From Nitrosarchaeum sp. (GTDB taxonomy: Archaea; Thermoproteota; Nitrososphaeria; Nitrososphaerales; Nitrosopumilaceae), in contig OZ245020.1 of NCBI GenBank assembly GCA_965223865.1, positions 256,001-320,000 of the forward strand: 64,000 bases of DNA, read 5' to 3'. How positions within the stretch are numbered: the stretch's first letter is position 1; every line of letters begins with the position of its first letter. Below, piece after piece: positions 39,495 to 50,179 of the stretch. The notes below the pieces were generated by a model, which saw only the letters and a list, made by a program, of their open reading frames with translations, was not told the DNA's origin and searched no databases. The translations under genes were made by a program, and so were the position numbers.

Positions 39495-40143
39495 TCAGGA
39501 TTGAATTAATCCGGACGATGTAATTGTATAAGAAAAATAATTTTTATGAATTAACCAGTTTATTTCACCTTTGAATTTTGAAGAAATTTTTGAGAGTCTA
39601 ATTTTAACATGTGTAAATGGATCAATTGCAGATTTCATGTTTTCTACTTCTTTGTTCTCAATATTTCTAATCATATTTGTTATGACAACTGGAATTTTCT
39701 TATTAATTGCAACACATGAAAGTTGATGCATGAATTTCATAAAGGTGGAATTTTTCTGGAATGTAGAATCCTCACTCTGATATTCATAAGAAAATAAATC
39801 AGTAACATTATCAATTACAATAAGAGAAAAAATTTTTTCATTCATAATTTTGATAGAATTGATTTGTTCTGAAGTATTAGTTATTCGTAAAACCGTAATT
39901 TTGTCAAGTAAATTATATTGTAAATTTTGACTAGTTTGCATTCCAATAATTCGTTCAGGCCTAAAACCCCCTGTAGTATCTAGATAGAGAACATTGCCGC
40001 TGTTTTTGATAGAGTTTATGCAAATTTGTAATAAGAGTTGAGTTTTTCCAGTTCCGTTAGCGCCATAAATATCGGTAATAACACCATTTTGAATTCCTCC
40101 TAAAAGAAATTCATCTAATTTTTCTAGTCCGGTTGAGATCATT
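39495..40143 (-). CDS. RadB/RadA-like RecA-family ATPase (start likely MISTGLEKLD)
   Basis: ISTG...LD.FL.GG, Walker A GANGTGKT, LIVID and VVITN. Confidence 0.85.
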
Positions 40144-40251
40144 TGATTAATTATCAGAAAATGGAGAAAAAATTTAAGGAATTTCATCATTTACAAAGGA
40201 GGTAAGGCTTTTATTCTAGAGAACAACGTATGCAAAACAAGTGAATAATTA

Positions 40252-40494
40252 GTGTCGCAAACGAGTGCAAAAAGACCATTAACAACACTTCAGAAAAGTA
40301 CGAAAAAGAAAGTTACAGTTAGACTGAAGAATGAAGTTGAATACAAAGGTAAAATGGATAATGTTGATTCTTACATGAATTTGATTATGACTGATGCTGA
40401 AGAACTTCATGATGGTAAGGTTATTGCAAATTATGGCAGAGTAATAGTTAGAGGCAATAATGTATTGTTTATCAAACTAGAAAATGAACTCTAG
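40252..40494 (+). CDS. Sm-like archaeal protein (Lsm)
   Basis: D.YMNL...DAEE and IVRGNNV. Confidence 0.95.
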   Translation: MSQTSAKRPLTTLQKSTKKKVTVRLKNEVEYKGKMDNVDSYMNLIMTDAEELHDGKVIANYGRVIVRGNNVLFIKLENEL

Positions 40495-40497
40495 TTA

Positions 40498-41673
40498 GTG
40501 GTTCTCATGACTAATAATTTTATATTTTCTTCTGAATCCGTAACTGAAGGTCATCCAGATAAAATCTGCGATCAAATTTCAGATGCATTTTTAGATGAAT
40601 TTCTCCGACAAGATCCTGAAGCCAGAGTAGCTGTTGAGACTTTGGTTACAACTGATTTTGTGGCAGTTGCAGGTGAAGTTACATCAAAGGCAAATTTTGA
40701 TAAAAAAGCCCAGGAAGAACTTGTAAGAAAAACAATCAGAGATATTGGATATGATAATAAAGATTTGATGTTTGATACAGAATTTTGTGAAGTAACCTTA
40801 AGACTACATGCTCAAAGTCCAGATATCAGTCAAGGTGTAACTGCTACTGAAGACCATGAACAAGGAGCAGGAGACCAGGGATTGATGTTTGGATATGCCT
40901 CAAATGAAACAGAAGAGCTTATGCCTATGCCTGCTTTATTAGCACAAAAACTTGCACAAAAATTATCAGAAGTAAGAAAAAACAAAGTACTTCCTTGGGC
41001 AAGACCAGATGGAAAAACCCAAGTTTCAGTTAGATATGAAGATAACAAGCCAATAGGAATTGAAACTGTGGTTGTTTCCACACAACATGCACCTGAAATT
41101 TCTCAAGAAGAAATATCCAAACAAGTAATTGATAAAGTAATCAAACCAGTTTTAGGCGACTTGTGGAATGATCAAATTACAGTTCACATAAACCCAACTG
41201 GAAAATTTGTAATTGGTGGACCTCATGGAGATGCAGGACTGACAGGAAGAAAAATTATTGTTGATACATATGGTGGATTTGGAAGGCATGGAGGTGGTGC
41301 ATTCTCTGGAAAAGATCCTTCCAAAGTTGACAGATCTGCATGTTATATGTGCAGATATATTGCAAAAAATTTAGTTGCTGCAGGTTTGGCAGACAGATGT
41401 GAAGTTCAACTAGCATATGCAATTGGAGTAGCAGAACCAGTTTCACTTTATGTCAATACCTTTGGAACTCATAAGATTGCAGAACATGAAATTGAGGAAT
41501 TGGTTAGAAAGAATTTTGATATGAAACCTTCAGGAATTATCTCACAGTTAGACCTGAAAAGACCAATCTACAGAAAAACTGCAGCTTATGGTCACTTTGG
41601 AAGAAATGAGCCTGAATTTAATTGGGAAAAAACTGACAAAGCAGATGCACTAAAGCAAGCTGCCGGACTTTAA
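40498..41673 (+). CDS. metK: S-adenosylmethionine synthetase (bacterial/eukaryotic type)
   Basis: [17 protein letters not shown] and GGGAFSGKD. Confidence 0.98.
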   Translation: MVLMTNNFIFSSESVTEGHPDKICDQISDAFLDEFLRQDPEARVAVETLVTTDFVAVAGEVTSKANFDKKAQEELVRKTIRDIGYDNKDLMFDTEFCEVTLRLHAQSPDISQGVTATEDHEQGAGDQGLMFGYASNETEELMPMPALLAQKLAQKLSEVRKNKVLPWARPDGKTQVSVRYEDNKPIGIETVVVSTQHAPEISQEEISKQVIDKVIKPVLGDLWNDQITVHINPTGKFVIGGPHGDAGLTGRKIIVDTYGGFGRHGGGAFSGKDPSKVDRSACYMCRYIAKNLVAAGLADRCEVQLAYAIGVAEPVSLYVNTFGTHKIAEHEIEELVRKNFDMKPSGIISQLDLKRPIYRKTAAYGHFGRNEPEFNWEKTDKADALKQAAGL

Positions 41674-42516
41674 CAATTCCATCACAGATTGAAATTTAAT
41701 TTGAGAGATGTTTTCTAATTTTTTGTGATTTCCCTTAAAATTACCAACTAGAAGATTTAGATCATCTACGCCAAAATCGTTTTTTGGATTCGTAATTGCT
41801 TGGTGATATACAGTTTCTAAGTTAATTTTTTTGATTTTTGTTCCTGTTCCATGTGAGAATTCTCTAACATATTTTTCAAAAGTTATTGATTCCGTACCAA
41901 CAAGATCTAAAATTTTGTTTGAAAATTTCTTATTCTGAGTAGATTTTAAAATTATTTTTGAGACATCATTGATGAATATTGGTTGAATTGTATATTTTCC
42001 AGATCCGGGAATTTGAATTATACCTCTTTTAATTTGTGATTTTAGGTATTTTGTAAATAGATCATCTTTTCCTACAATGTATGAGGGTCGAAAAATAGTA
42101 AAATCTAGGTTTGAGTTGATAATTTGTTGTTCAGCCTTGAATTTAGAAATAAAATATCCTAATGTAGTATTTTTTGAAACTCCTAAACCACTTGTATACA
42201 CAATTTTTTTGATGCTTGCTTTTTTGCACAAATCAATAATTTTTTTTGTAAATTCCAGGTTGATTAAAGAGTAATCGTTATCAACTGTTTGTTTTCCAAT
42301 ACCAACTAAATGAATTAAAGCATTAGAATTTTTTATTTTTGGTAAGATAATTTTTTCATCATAGTTTTTTGAAACAATTTTGGTTTCATTTTTAAATTTT
42401 TGAAAATTCTTCCTAGAGATTGATACTGTTTTTATATTATTTTCAAATAGAAATTTTCTAACATTTTTTGCTACAAAACCACTAGCACCTGTAACTACAA
42501 ATTGAAGATCAGACAA
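41650..42516 (-). CDS. NAD-dependent epimerase/dehydratase (atypical SDR)
   Basis: VTGASGFV and YFISK (YxxxK). Confidence 0.88.
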   Translation of the reverse strand: MSDLQFVVTGASGFVAKNVRKFLFENNIKTVSISRKNFQKFKNETKIVSKNYDEKIILPKIKNSNALIHLVGIGKQTVDNDYSLINLEFTKKIIDLCKKASIKKIVYTSGLGVSKNTTLGYFISKFKAEQQIINSNLDFTIFRPSYIVGKDDLFTKYLKSQIKRGIIQIPGSGKYTIQPIFINDVSKIILKSTQNKKFSNKILDLVGTESITFEKYVREFSHGTGTKIKKINLETVYHQAITNPKNDFGVDDLNLLVGNFKGNHKKLENISQIKFQSVMELLKSGSLL

Positions 42517-42634
42517 ATTGGTATTCTTTATTTTAATTCAAATATAATCTAAAGATTTCTTTACAAATTTCATTGTAAATTTTTTAGTGAATTCTAAGAC
42601 AAAACCAAACAAGAGTTAATACATCAAAATAATC

Positions 42635-43732
42635 ATGATATCTGTGGAAGAAGTAAAAAGAGAAAAACTCAGGACAGGTTTTACAACAGGTACTTCAGCT
42701 GCTGCAGCATCAAAGGCTGCCTTATTATCAATTATTCATCAAAAGAAAATAGATGAGGTAGATGTAAAATTACCAAAAGGTAATTTTATTAAAATTCCAA
42801 TCCATTCTTGTAATTTTGATGAAAATAGTGCGCAATGTTCTGTGATAAAAGATGGGGGTGATGATCCTGATGTTACACATGGTGCAGAGATTATTGTGAA
42901 TTTATCATTTACAGATAAAATCGAGGAAATAGAGATTGATGGCGGAGAAGGTGTTGGAATTGTTACAAAGCCGGGATTAGGTCTTGAAATAAACAAACCA
43001 GCAATCAATCCAGTTCCAAAAAAAATGATTAATGAAAATATTAGAGAAAATGCCGAATCAATTCTTTTAGAAAAGGGGATCAAAGTAATTATTTCAGTTC
43101 CAAAGGGGAAAGAATTAGGTCCAAAGACAGATAATCCCAGAATTGGAATTTTAAATGGGATTTCTATTTTAGGTACTAGTGGTATTGTAATTCCATTTTC
43201 AACTGCATCATTTGCAGCCTCCATCAGACAAAATCTTGATGTATCTATAGCAATGGGAAACGACAGTGTTGTTCTTACAACCGGTGGTAGAAGTGAAGAT
43301 TTTGCAAAGAAGATCATAGACTTGCCAGAGCATTGTTTTGTTCAAATGGGAGATTTTTCTGGATATACAATTCAACAATGTGGAAAAAAGGGGATCAAGA
43401 AAGCCTTTGTTGTAGGATTTATTGGCAAATTAGCCAAGATGGCAGCTGGGGTAAAACAGACTCATGTTAAAGGCTCCAAAGTAGACATGAATTTCTTGTC
43501 TGAAATTGCAAAAAAATGTAAAGCAAGTGAAGATGTAATTGAAAAGATCAAAAAAGCAAATACTGCAAGACATGTATCAGAAATAATCAAAGAAAATAAG
43601 ATTGAAGGTTTTTTTGATGAAATCTGTACAGAAACATTCATGCATATGAGAAAGCATTCTGAACAAAAAGTTCCCTTGGAGGTAATTTTGTTTGATTTTG
43701 ATGGAGAAATTCTTGCTCGAAAATCATTGTAG
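42635..43732 (+). CDS. cbiD: Cobalt-precorrin-5B C1-methyltransferase
   Basis: LRTGFTTGT, KDGGDDPDVTHG and GISILGTSG. Confidence 0.97.
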   Translation: MISVEEVKREKLRTGFTTGTSAAAASKAALLSIIHQKKIDEVDVKLPKGNFIKIPIHSCNFDENSAQCSVIKDGGDDPDVTHGAEIIVNLSFTDKIEEIEIDGGEGVGIVTKPGLGLEINKPAINPVPKKMINENIRENAESILLEKGIKVIISVPKGKELGPKTDNPRIGILNGISILGTSGIVIPFSTASFAASIRQNLDVSIAMGNDSVVLTTGGRSEDFAKKIIDLPEHCFVQMGDFSGYTIQQCGKKGIKKAFVVGFIGKLAKMAAGVKQTHVKGSKVDMNFLSEIAKKCKASEDVIEKIKKANTARHVSEIIKENKIEGFFDEICTETFMHMRKHSEQKVPLEVILFDFDGEILARKSL

Positions 43733-43760
43733 TAAGGTATTTTATTTAATCTAGAAAGTT

Positions 43761-44819
43761 TTGATTATGGATAAGATTTCAGTTCTTGCTATAACAAAAA
43801 ATGGTGTAAATATAGGCACAAAATTAAAAAAAGTATTTCCGTCTTGGAGTATTTTTGCACCAGCTAAATTTGAAAATGATAATGATGACATATCATGGTA
43901 CTCTGAGTCTACAACAGAAAAGATTGTAGATCTCTTCAAAAATAATGAAGCCTTGATTTGTTTATTTTCATTAGGAGCAGTTATACGATTAATTGCACCT
44001 TACTTGAAAGATAAGAAAACTGATCCTGCAGTAATTGTAATTGATGATAAAACTAACTTTGTGATTAGTGTATTATCAGGACATATTGGAGGTGCAAATG
44101 AATTAACAAATAAAATTGCTGAAAAACTAGATGCAACCCCTATAATTACTACAGCTGCTGATGTAAACAAGACAATTGCAGTTGACCTTTTGGGACGAAA
44201 CCTTGGATGGAAAATAGATGATGATTCTACAGTTACAAAAGTGAGTGCATATATGGTAAATGACGAAAAAATAGGAGTTTTTCAAGATGCCGGAAATAAA
44301 AATTGGTATAAAGAATTACCAAAAAATGTGAAAAATTTTGCAAGTTTGGAAGAATTGAAAAATTCTGATTCAAAAGGGTTTCTAATAATTACAGATAAAA
44401 GAATTGATGGAGAATTTCTAAAAGATTCAGTTGTGTATAATCCACCTAGTCTAGTAGTAGGAGTAGGTCTTCATTGGAATACGACCAAAGAAAAAATCAT
44501 GGATGGCATCGATTTTTGTATGAAAAAATTTAATCTTAATCCAAAATCAATATCTCAGCTAGTTTCAATAAAAAAACCGGAAGATGTTCAGGGATTAATT
44601 GATGTTGGAAAAGAAATGAGAATACCTGTAGAATATGTAAATCGAGAAGATTTGGCTGAAATTTCTGCGCCAAATCCATCAGAAACTGTAAGATCATTTG
44701 AAGGGACAGCCAGTGTTTCTGAGGCTGCTGCAATCAAAGTGTCTGAAGGAAGGTTAATCGTGGAAAAACAGAAATTTCCTCCAGATTTGACTATAGCAAT
44801 AGCGAGGAGATTAGATTGA
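43761..44819 (+). CDS. cbiG: Cobalt-precorrin-5A hydrolase
   Basis: DKKTDPAV, LSGHIGGAN and SVSEAAA. Confidence 0.95.
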   Translation: MIMDKISVLAITKNGVNIGTKLKKVFPSWSIFAPAKFENDNDDISWYSESTTEKIVDLFKNNEALICLFSLGAVIRLIAPYLKDKKTDPAVIVIDDKTNFVISVLSGHIGGANELTNKIAEKLDATPIITTAADVNKTIAVDLLGRNLGWKIDDDSTVTKVSAYMVNDEKIGVFQDAGNKNWYKELPKNVKNFASLEELKNSDSKGFLIITDKRIDGEFLKDSVVYNPPSLVVGVGLHWNTTKEKIMDGIDFCMKKFNLNPKSISQLVSIKKPEDVQGLIDVGKEMRIPVEYVNREDLAEISAPNPSETVRSFEGTASVSEAAAIKVSEGRLIVEKQKFPPDLTIAIARRLD

Positions 44820-45568
44820 AACGTGGATTATTATTAATTGATAGGGGTAGCCGTGAAAGAGAAGCATCTGAAGAACTAGAGATAATTTGTGATGGCATCA
44901 AAAACAAAGGTGATTATGTCTTTACTGATTTTTGCTTTCTTGAGGTAGAGCCTCCCTATATTGAGGATGGTATTGAAAAATGCCTAAAACAAGATATTGA
45001 TGCATTAACGATAGTCCCCTATTTTCTTTATCCCGGTAAAAAAGTAAAGATTGCCGTTACAGATGTAATGAAATTTCAAAAAGATACCAATGTAAAATTT
45101 GTTGTAACAAAACCTATGAGTATGCATAAAACTTTGATAGATCTTGTACAAAATAGAATTTCTTCAACACTTAAAGAAAATAATGTAACTCTTGCTGAAA
45201 AAAATGTTGATGTTTTAATTATTGGCCATGGTAGTAAAGACTCCAACGCACAAATGTCATTAAACTATGTAGTAGATGGACTAAAAGAAAATTATCGAAA
45301 TGTAGATAGATGTTGGTTGGAAATTGAACAGCCTGATATTTTTGAAGGTATTAAAACATGTGAAGAAAACAAACCTGAAGTGCTTGTAATAGTTTTTTAT
45401 TTTTTGCACGAAGGAGCACATGTTAAAACTGATATCAATAATGATCTTTTACCTGCTCTGGAAAAATCAAATTTGAAAAATGTTTACATTACTAAACATT
45501 TGGGAACAGATGAAAAAATGATTGATTTGATTGTTGAACGAGCAAAAGAGGTAGAAGATGCAAACTAG
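44816..45568 (+). CDS. cbiX: Sirohydrochlorin cobaltochelatase (two-domain CbiX)
   Basis: FLE..P, PYFL.PG, GHGS and FL..GAHV. Confidence 0.9.
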   Translation: MKRGLLLIDRGSREREASEELEIICDGIKNKGDYVFTDFCFLEVEPPYIEDGIEKCLKQDIDALTIVPYFLYPGKKVKIAVTDVMKFQKDTNVKFVVTKPMSMHKTLIDLVQNRISSTLKENNVTLAEKNVDVLIIGHGSKDSNAQMSLNYVVDGLKENYRNVDRCWLEIEQPDIFEGIKTCEENKPEVLVIVFYFLHEGAHVKTDINNDLLPALEKSNLKNVYITKHLGTDEKMIDLIVERAKEVEDAN

Positions 45569-46199
45569 AAAAGGTCAATCAATTGAAGATGCAAGTATGC
45601 AGATGATTGAAGAGGAAGTAGGAGAGCACAATTATAGTAATAAAGAATGGCCAATTGTTAGACGAATAATTCATTCAACAGCCGACTTTGATTTTGTTGG
45701 AAAGAACAAACTAATTTTTCATAAAGATGCAGTAGAAAGTGGAATAAATGCTATCAGGAATGGATGCAGTATTGTGGTTGATGTTAATGGTGTAATTGGT
45801 TTATTGAATAAACAAAATCCAAAAGATTTTGGAAACAAGATAGTTTGTAAAATTTCAGATCCTGAAATAATGAAATTGGCAAAAAAAGAGGATAAAACTC
45901 GTTCTCAAGTATGTATGAGGGCAGCAAGGTCAGAAATTGAAGGAGGAATTGTGGCGATTGGGAATGCTCCAACTGCACTCTTAGAGGTGATTCAAATGAT
46001 CAAAGAAGGGATTGTGAAACCTGCTTTAATTATTGGAATTCCAGTAGGCTTTATCTGCGCCTCAGAATCGAAGGAAAAATTAAGTAAATTAGAAGAAATT
46101 CCATTCATTACAAATATTGGAAGAAAAGGAGGAAGCTCTTCAGCAGCTGCAATAATTAATGCATTATACAAGCTTGTAAGGGCTGAATTATCTTCTTGA
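45558..46199 (+). CDS. cbiC: Cobalt-precorrin-8 methylmutase
   Basis: RRIIHSTAD, IGNAPTAL and GRKGGS. Confidence 0.96.
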   Translation: MQTRKGQSIEDASMQMIEEEVGEHNYSNKEWPIVRRIIHSTADFDFVGKNKLIFHKDAVESGINAIRNGCSIVVDVNGVIGLLNKQNPKDFGNKIVCKISDPEIMKLAKKEDKTRSQVCMRAARSEIEGGIVAIGNAPTALLEVIQMIKEGIVKPALIIGIPVGFICASESKEKLSKLEEIPFITNIGRKGGSSSAAAIINALYKLVRAELSS

Positions 46200-47543
46200 A
46201 TATTTTACACAGTTTTTTACAAAAATTTTTGAATAATCAGAACTATCAAAATAGAGGTGTCCATAAGATGCAAGTGTATTGTATAGAATCATTCCATCTT
46301 TATGATTTTTAATTCCGTCACCAATTTCTAATTGATATGCAAATTTAGAATCAGAAGAAACTGAAATCAGTTCTGAATAATGAAATTCATGTCCACGCAA
46401 TAAATGAGATTTATATGAAATGATATTTTTTGTAATTATTTTTCCTTTGGTGTAATTAAGTTTCATTCTCTTGGTCATTTTTGTTTCGGCATCAAAGAGA
46501 CCTATCATTTTGTATTTTTTATCACCATAATCAATTGATTTGGTTAGATACATCAATCCTCCACATTCTGCATAAATGGGCATACTTTGTTCTGATAATT
46601 TTTTTATGGATTGTCTCATAAAAGAATTTTTTTCTAGTGAATTTCCTAAAATTTCTGGAAATCCACCACCGATGTAAATTCCATCACAACTTGGAAGTTT
46701 CTTATCTTTTATTGGACTAAAAAATTTCAGATTTGCTCCTTGTTCCCTTAATGATTTAAGATTATCATGGTAATAGAAGTTAAATGAATTATCAAGAGCA
46801 ACTGCTATTGTAACATTAGTTTTTTTGTTTATTGATTGTGATTTCTTTTTAAGTAAAGTTGGATTTTTGGTCAATTCAATTATTTTTTCAATGTCTAATG
46901 ACCCTGCAATAATTCTCGAAATTTTTTTTATTTTTTTCTGAAGATTTCTTTCATTCATTGTAGATATCAGACCAAGATGTCGCGATTGTAAAGATAGATC
47001 AGGATTCTTTGGAATTATACCAATAATGGGGAGGTGTGTTTTTTCCAGTGCTTGCCTGCATAAAATTTCATGTTTTTGACTACCAATTTTATTTAGAATA
47101 ATACCTGAAATTCTTGAATTTTTATGGAATTTCTGAAAACCTAATGCTGTTGCAGCAATGGATCTTGCTGTCTTACTAGCATCTAAAACCAATATTACAG
47201 GAGATTTGGTCAATTCGGCCACATGATGAGTACTTGCAAAATTAGAATCACCTCCAAATCCATCATAATAACCCATTACACCTTCAATTACTGAAATATC
47301 AGAATTGGAATTTTCAATGAAACTTTCTAAGAGTTGGTTTTTCCCCATTAACCAAACATCTAGATTGAAAGTCTTTGAATTTGAAATGCTAGAAAGATAA
47401 CTAGGATCTATGTAATCAGGACCTACTTTGAATGGTTGTACTGAAAATCCTTTTTTCTTTAGTGCATATATTATTGCACAAGTTATGGAGGTTTTTCCAA
47501 CTCCACTAGTAGCTCCTGCTAGGACTATTCTTGGAATTTTCAA
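46188..47543 (-). CDS. cbiA: Cobyrinate a,c-diamide synthase
   Basis: SGVGKT, FKVGPDYID, EGVMG, YAECGGLMYL and GHEFHYS. Confidence 0.96.
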   Translation of the reverse strand: MKIPRIVLAGATSGVGKTSITCAIIYALKKKGFSVQPFKVGPDYIDPSYLSSISNSKTFNLDVWLMGKNQLLESFIENSNSDISVIEGVMGYYDGFGGDSNFASTHHVAELTKSPVILVLDASKTARSIAATALGFQKFHKNSRISGIILNKIGSQKHEILCRQALEKTHLPIIGIIPKNPDLSLQSRHLGLISTMNERNLQKKIKKISRIIAGSLDIEKIIELTKNPTLLKKKSQSINKKTNVTIAVALDNSFNFYYHDNLKSLREQGANLKFFSPIKDKKLPSCDGIYIGGGFPEILGNSLEKNSFMRQSIKKLSEQSMPIYAECGGLMYLTKSIDYGDKKYKMIGLFDAETKMTKRMKLNYTKGKIITKNIISYKSHLLRGHEFHYSELISVSSDSKFAYQLEIGDGIKNHKDGMILYNTLASYGHLYFDSSDYSKIFVKNCVKYSRR

Positions 47544-47616
47544 TTCGCATGTCTAGAACTATTTTTTATTTAAATTGATACATTAGTCCAAGATAGTACT
47601 GAATGTTTTTACTTGG

Positions 47617-48168
47617 ATGATTTCCAAAATATTCATGGAAAAAGAGGGTTTAACCATTGTATATACTGGAAAAGGTAAAGGAAAGACCACAGCAGCATTG
47701 GGAATTGTGTTAAGAGCGGTAGGTTATGAAAAAAAAATTTGTATGATTCAGTTTATCAAAAGTTCCTGGCATTATGGAGAGATGTATTCATCAAAAAGAT
47801 TGGAACCTGAATTTGAAATAGTTGCAATTGGCAAAGGATTTGTTGGAATTATTGATGATAAAAGTCCAAAAGAAGATCATGAAAAAATTGCAAAGGAAGC
47901 AATCAAAATTAGTGGAGAAAAAATTCAATCGGGAAAATATGATATTGTAATATTAGATGAGATAAACTACGCAATCAATTTAGGATTAGTAAGTTTAGAA
48001 GAAGTAATAGATTTGATAAAATCTAAACCTCATAAATTAGATCTTATTTTAACTGGAAACTATGCCAAAAAAGAAATCATTGATTTGGCAGATTTGGTAA
48101 CTGAGATGACTCAGATAAAACATCCATTTCAGAGTGGTATCAAAGCAAGAAAAGGAATTGATTTCTAA
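47617..48168 (+). CDS. cobO: Cob(I)yrinic acid a,c-diamide adenosyltransferase
   Basis: YTG.GKGKTTAA.G, LDE and KHPF..G..A..GIDF. Confidence 0.95.
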   Translation: MISKIFMEKEGLTIVYTGKGKGKTTAALGIVLRAVGYEKKICMIQFIKSSWHYGEMYSSKRLEPEFEIVAIGKGFVGIIDDKSPKEDHEKIAKEAIKISGEKIQSGKYDIVILDEINYAINLGLVSLEEVIDLIKSKPHKLDLILTGNYAKKEIIDLADLVTEMTQIKHPFQSGIKARKGIDF

Positions 48169-48208
48169 CTAGCAACATTAAATTACGCAAGAATTAGTTT
48201 TAGAAGAA

Positions 48209-49006
48209 ATGTCTACTGAAATTCAAGAATTACCTGAACAGGGGGAAATTGTTCTAGCCACAGTAACCAAAATAATGGATCATGGTGTGTATGTTTCATT
48301 AGATGAATATGATGAAATTCAGGGATTTTTACATATTTCAGAAATTGCTCCAGGATGGATACGCTCCGTCAGTAGATTTGTGAGGGAAGGAGAGAAAAAA
48401 GTACTACTTGTAAAAAAAGTAAATCCCAAGAGAGGAGATATAGATCTTTCCTTAAAACAAGTATCTAACGATCAAAAAAAGCAGAAACTCAAAGAAGTTA
48501 AAAAATATGAAAAAGGAAAAACCCTCTTACAAAGCGTACAAGAAAAAGCAAAACTATCAGATAATGAAATTGAAAAATTAGAAGATAGTATTTATTCAAA
48601 ATTTGATTCAGTATATGATGCTTTTATTGAAATAGGAAGAAATGGAATTAATTCAATAAAGGAGCTCAAATTAAACAAAAAAATACTATCAGCTATTGAA
48701 GAAGTTTGTTCAAAGATCAAATTACCCTCAGTAGAAATTCGTGGTATAATGGAAATAACAAATACAAAATCAAATGGTGTGGAAATTATTAGAAAGAACT
48801 TGCTTGATGCAATGAAAAAAAATTCGAACATTGACATTACCTATTTGGGTGCACCAAAGTATAGACTGTCAATAAAAGCAGAAGATTTCAAAATAGCTGA
48901 AAAATCTTTAAAACCAATTATTGAAGAAATTCAAAAAAGTATGGAAAAGAAGAATGGATCATTCAAATTTACTAGAGAAGAATCTAAGAAAACCAGAGAC
49001 GGTTAA
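48209..49006 (+). CDS. eif2a: Translation initiation factor 2 alpha
   Basis: S1 domain (LHISE, IDLSLK) and GAPKYR. Confidence 0.96.
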   Translation: MSTEIQELPEQGEIVLATVTKIMDHGVYVSLDEYDEIQGFLHISEIAPGWIRSVSRFVREGEKKVLLVKKVNPKRGDIDLSLKQVSNDQKKQKLKEVKKYEKGKTLLQSVQEKAKLSDNEIEKLEDSIYSKFDSVYDAFIEIGRNGINSIKELKLNKKILSAIEEVCSKIKLPSVEIRGIMEITNTKSNGVEIIRKNLLDAMKKNSNIDITYLGAPKYRLSIKAEDFKIAEKSLKPIIEEIQKSMEKKNGSFKFTREESKKTRDG

Positions 49007-49007
49007 G

Positions 49008-49163
49008 ATGAGATTTCAATTAAGAAAATGTATCAAATGTAATCAGTATACTCTAAAAGAAAAATGTACAAAATGTAACGAAGGAACTATATCAGCTCAT
49101 CCTGCTAAATTTTCTCCTGATGATAAATACATGAGATATAGATTAGCTGAAAGATACGACTAA
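49008..49163 (+). CDS. nop10: H/ACA RNP protein Nop10
   Basis: KC..C..YTLK..C..C...[11 protein letters not shown]; conserved position after aIF2 alpha. Confidence 0.94.
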   Translation: MRFQLRKCIKCNQYTLKEKCTKCNEGTISAHPAKFSPDDKYMRYRLAERYD

Positions 49164-49322
49164 TCTAAAATCCATTCAAAACAAATTCTTTGGTTGTTCT
49201 CTAATAGACAATTTGGTATCAGAGAAATTCTATAAATGAAAATAATTTCTCAGACTAAACATCTCACAAAATAAGAGCTAAATCAAGTAAATTTTGATGT
49301 AATCATTTTAAAAATTCAGGTA

Positions 49323-49778
49323 TTATGGTGCGTATTTACCTTCTAGTTTTGCCTCAGTGACAATATGATTTTTCATGGCGTTTTCCACGTCTGCTTTTGA
49401 GGATCCTTTTTCCAGGTCAAGTTCAGTATCTAAAGCATATAATTTGAAAACGTAGGTATGCTCTTTGTCAGGTGGTGCAGGTCCACCATAACCAATTTCA
49501 CCAAAATCAGTTTTACCTTCAATAGAATTTGTAGGAATAGAATTTTCAGTAATTTCATTTGTGTTTGGAGGTATATTCCATAAAACCCAATGGACCCAAA
49601 CTTTTCCGACTGCACCCATCGCATCAGGATCATCCATTATCAAAGCTAAAGATTTTGTTCCATCAGGAATCTCACTTATTTTTAGAGTAGGACTAAGATT
49701 TTCATTTTTATATCCATATTTTCTTGAGATAATTCCTCCATTTTCAAAATCAGTACTTGTTAAGATCAATCTAATCAC
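49323..49778 (-). CDS. YbhB/YbcL (PEBP/Raf kinase inhibitor-like) protein
   Basis: DDPDA, WVHW, YGGPAPP and H.Y.F.LYALD. Confidence 0.94.
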   Translation of the reverse strand: MIRLILTSTDFENGGIISRKYGYKNENLSPTLKISEIPDGTKSLALIMDDPDAMGAVGKVWVHWVLWNIPPNTNEITENSIPTNSIEGKTDFGEIGYGGPAPPDKEHTYVFKLYALDTELDLEKGSSKADVENAMKNHIVTEAKLEGKYAP

Positions 49779-49810
49779 AAGAATTTGTATATTCTATAAG
49801 TTAAATTTTT

Positions 49811-50179
49811 CTAAGATTCTAAGACAAGTCTATCATTTGAAAAAGAGATTACAGAGCCTCCTGCTTGCTTGAGCTGTTTTTTTAATTCTTTATCCATCGT
49901 TCCAATAATAGATCTGTGATTTTTTGCATAATCTAACAGTTCTTTATCTGCAAAATTTCCAGAAATAGGAATTGTTTTAAAAGATTTTATAAAATTTGAA
50001 GTTGCAGTTATATCTTGTTTTTTTTCAGGTATGTTTTCTAATTTAGATAATTCATTTTTTACAACTTCAGGAACAACAAAAGAAATTGAACCTATCTCAA
50101 CATCTATTTTATCCATATTTTTTATTCGTTTAGTAGCTAAATGGATTAAAAAACTAGTATCACAGATTACTTCAACCAA
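49811..50179 (-). CDS. PIN-domain protein (Fcf1/Utp24-like)
   Basis: ICDTSFL, V..EL, AD and TMDKEL; conserved neighbour of aIF2 gamma. Confidence 0.88.
   Translation of the reverse strand: MVEVICDTSFLIHLATKRIKNMDKIDVEIGSISFVVPEVVKNELSKLENIPEKKQDITATSNFIKSFKTIPISGNFADKELLDYAKNHRSIIGTMDKELKKQLKQAGGSVISFSNDRLVLES

Noticed and set aside
40498-41673. Bacterial-type MetK as a recent transfer
   Set aside because: To my knowledge this type is the usual form in this lineage, and it sits in core context.
42635-48168. Cobalamin gene cluster as novel; cobalamin riboswitch
   Set aside because: B12 synthesis is established in AOA, and the intergenic gaps show no riboswitch consensus.
48921-49163. 80-aa ORF as listed in the track
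   Set aside because: The true gene is Nop10 from ATG 49008; the extension overlaps aIF2 alpha.
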